DNA of 63,586 nucleotides, filler included, from Octopus bimaculoides (taxonomy: Eukaryota), in NCBI RefSeq assembly GCF_001194135.2. It is 3 parts of 2 records of this genome, joined end to end, with 100 filler letters (N's around TTAATTAATTAA, not from the genome) between each part and the next. Parts side by side here need not be neighbours in the genome. Positions count along the whole stretch, not along the records: positions 60,015 to 63,586 come from NC_068981.1; 2 more parts are not named here. The stretch is one strand, 5' to 3'. Position 1 is the stretch's first letter. Every line of letters starts with the position of its first letter. The notes under the pieces were generated by a model. That model was given only the letters and a program-made list of their open reading frames with translations, had not been told where the DNA came from and did not search any database. Shown piece after piece: positions 63,303 to 63,586 of this stretch. Made by a program: the position numbers and the translations under genes.

Positions 63303-63405
63303 GTTGTTCTTGTTCTTGTTCTTGTTCTTGTTCTTGTTTTACTTCTCAGAATGTTCGGTCTTGTTTGTTCTGGTACATTCTGTGAGAACGGACGTTATTA
63401 TTATG

Positions 63406-63494
<89 letters not shown>

Positions 63495-63565
63495 CAGCAG
63501 CAGCTGCAGCAGCAGCTGCAGCAGCAGTATGTTATTATTATTATTGTTGTTGTTGTTGTTCTTTT
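63262..63565. repeat. (TTG)n, (TTCTTG)n, (ATT)n(TAG)n(CAG)n compound microsatellites
   Basis: Direct reading. Confidence 0.95.
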
Positions 63566-63586
63566 ATTATCATAATATTCATCTAT

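Overview
AT-rich, repeat-dense animal genomic DNA. It is most likely from an octopus or other coleoid cephalopod; this is inferred from the repeat families, which I recognise from memory rather than from a search. I cannot confidently identify any host protein-coding gene, and nearly all ORFs in the supplied track are microsatellite, gap or SINE artefacts. The recognisable coding sequence is all dead transposon: one near-full-length RTE-clade LINE (APE + RT + C2H2 tail, 22.3-25.9 kb) split by a Helentron-type non-autonomous element, a second RTE RT fragment, six R4/Dong-type fragments (all minus strand; the five clustered ones delimited by (TAA)n), and a rearranged mariner. About 30 copies of four SINE-like families, a Tc1/mariner MITE and many microsatellites fill the rest. 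The most unusual object is a 638-bp element at 58580-59217 with 28/29-bp terminal inverted repeats, long inner inverted arms, a (TTAGGG)n core and an exact 18-bp target-site duplication, which fits no DNA-transposon superfamily I can name. The 28.3-59.9 kb block is visibly CpG-depleted, and its edges coincide with two artificial 100-bp scaffold linkers. SINE coordinates are approximate (about 10-20 bp).
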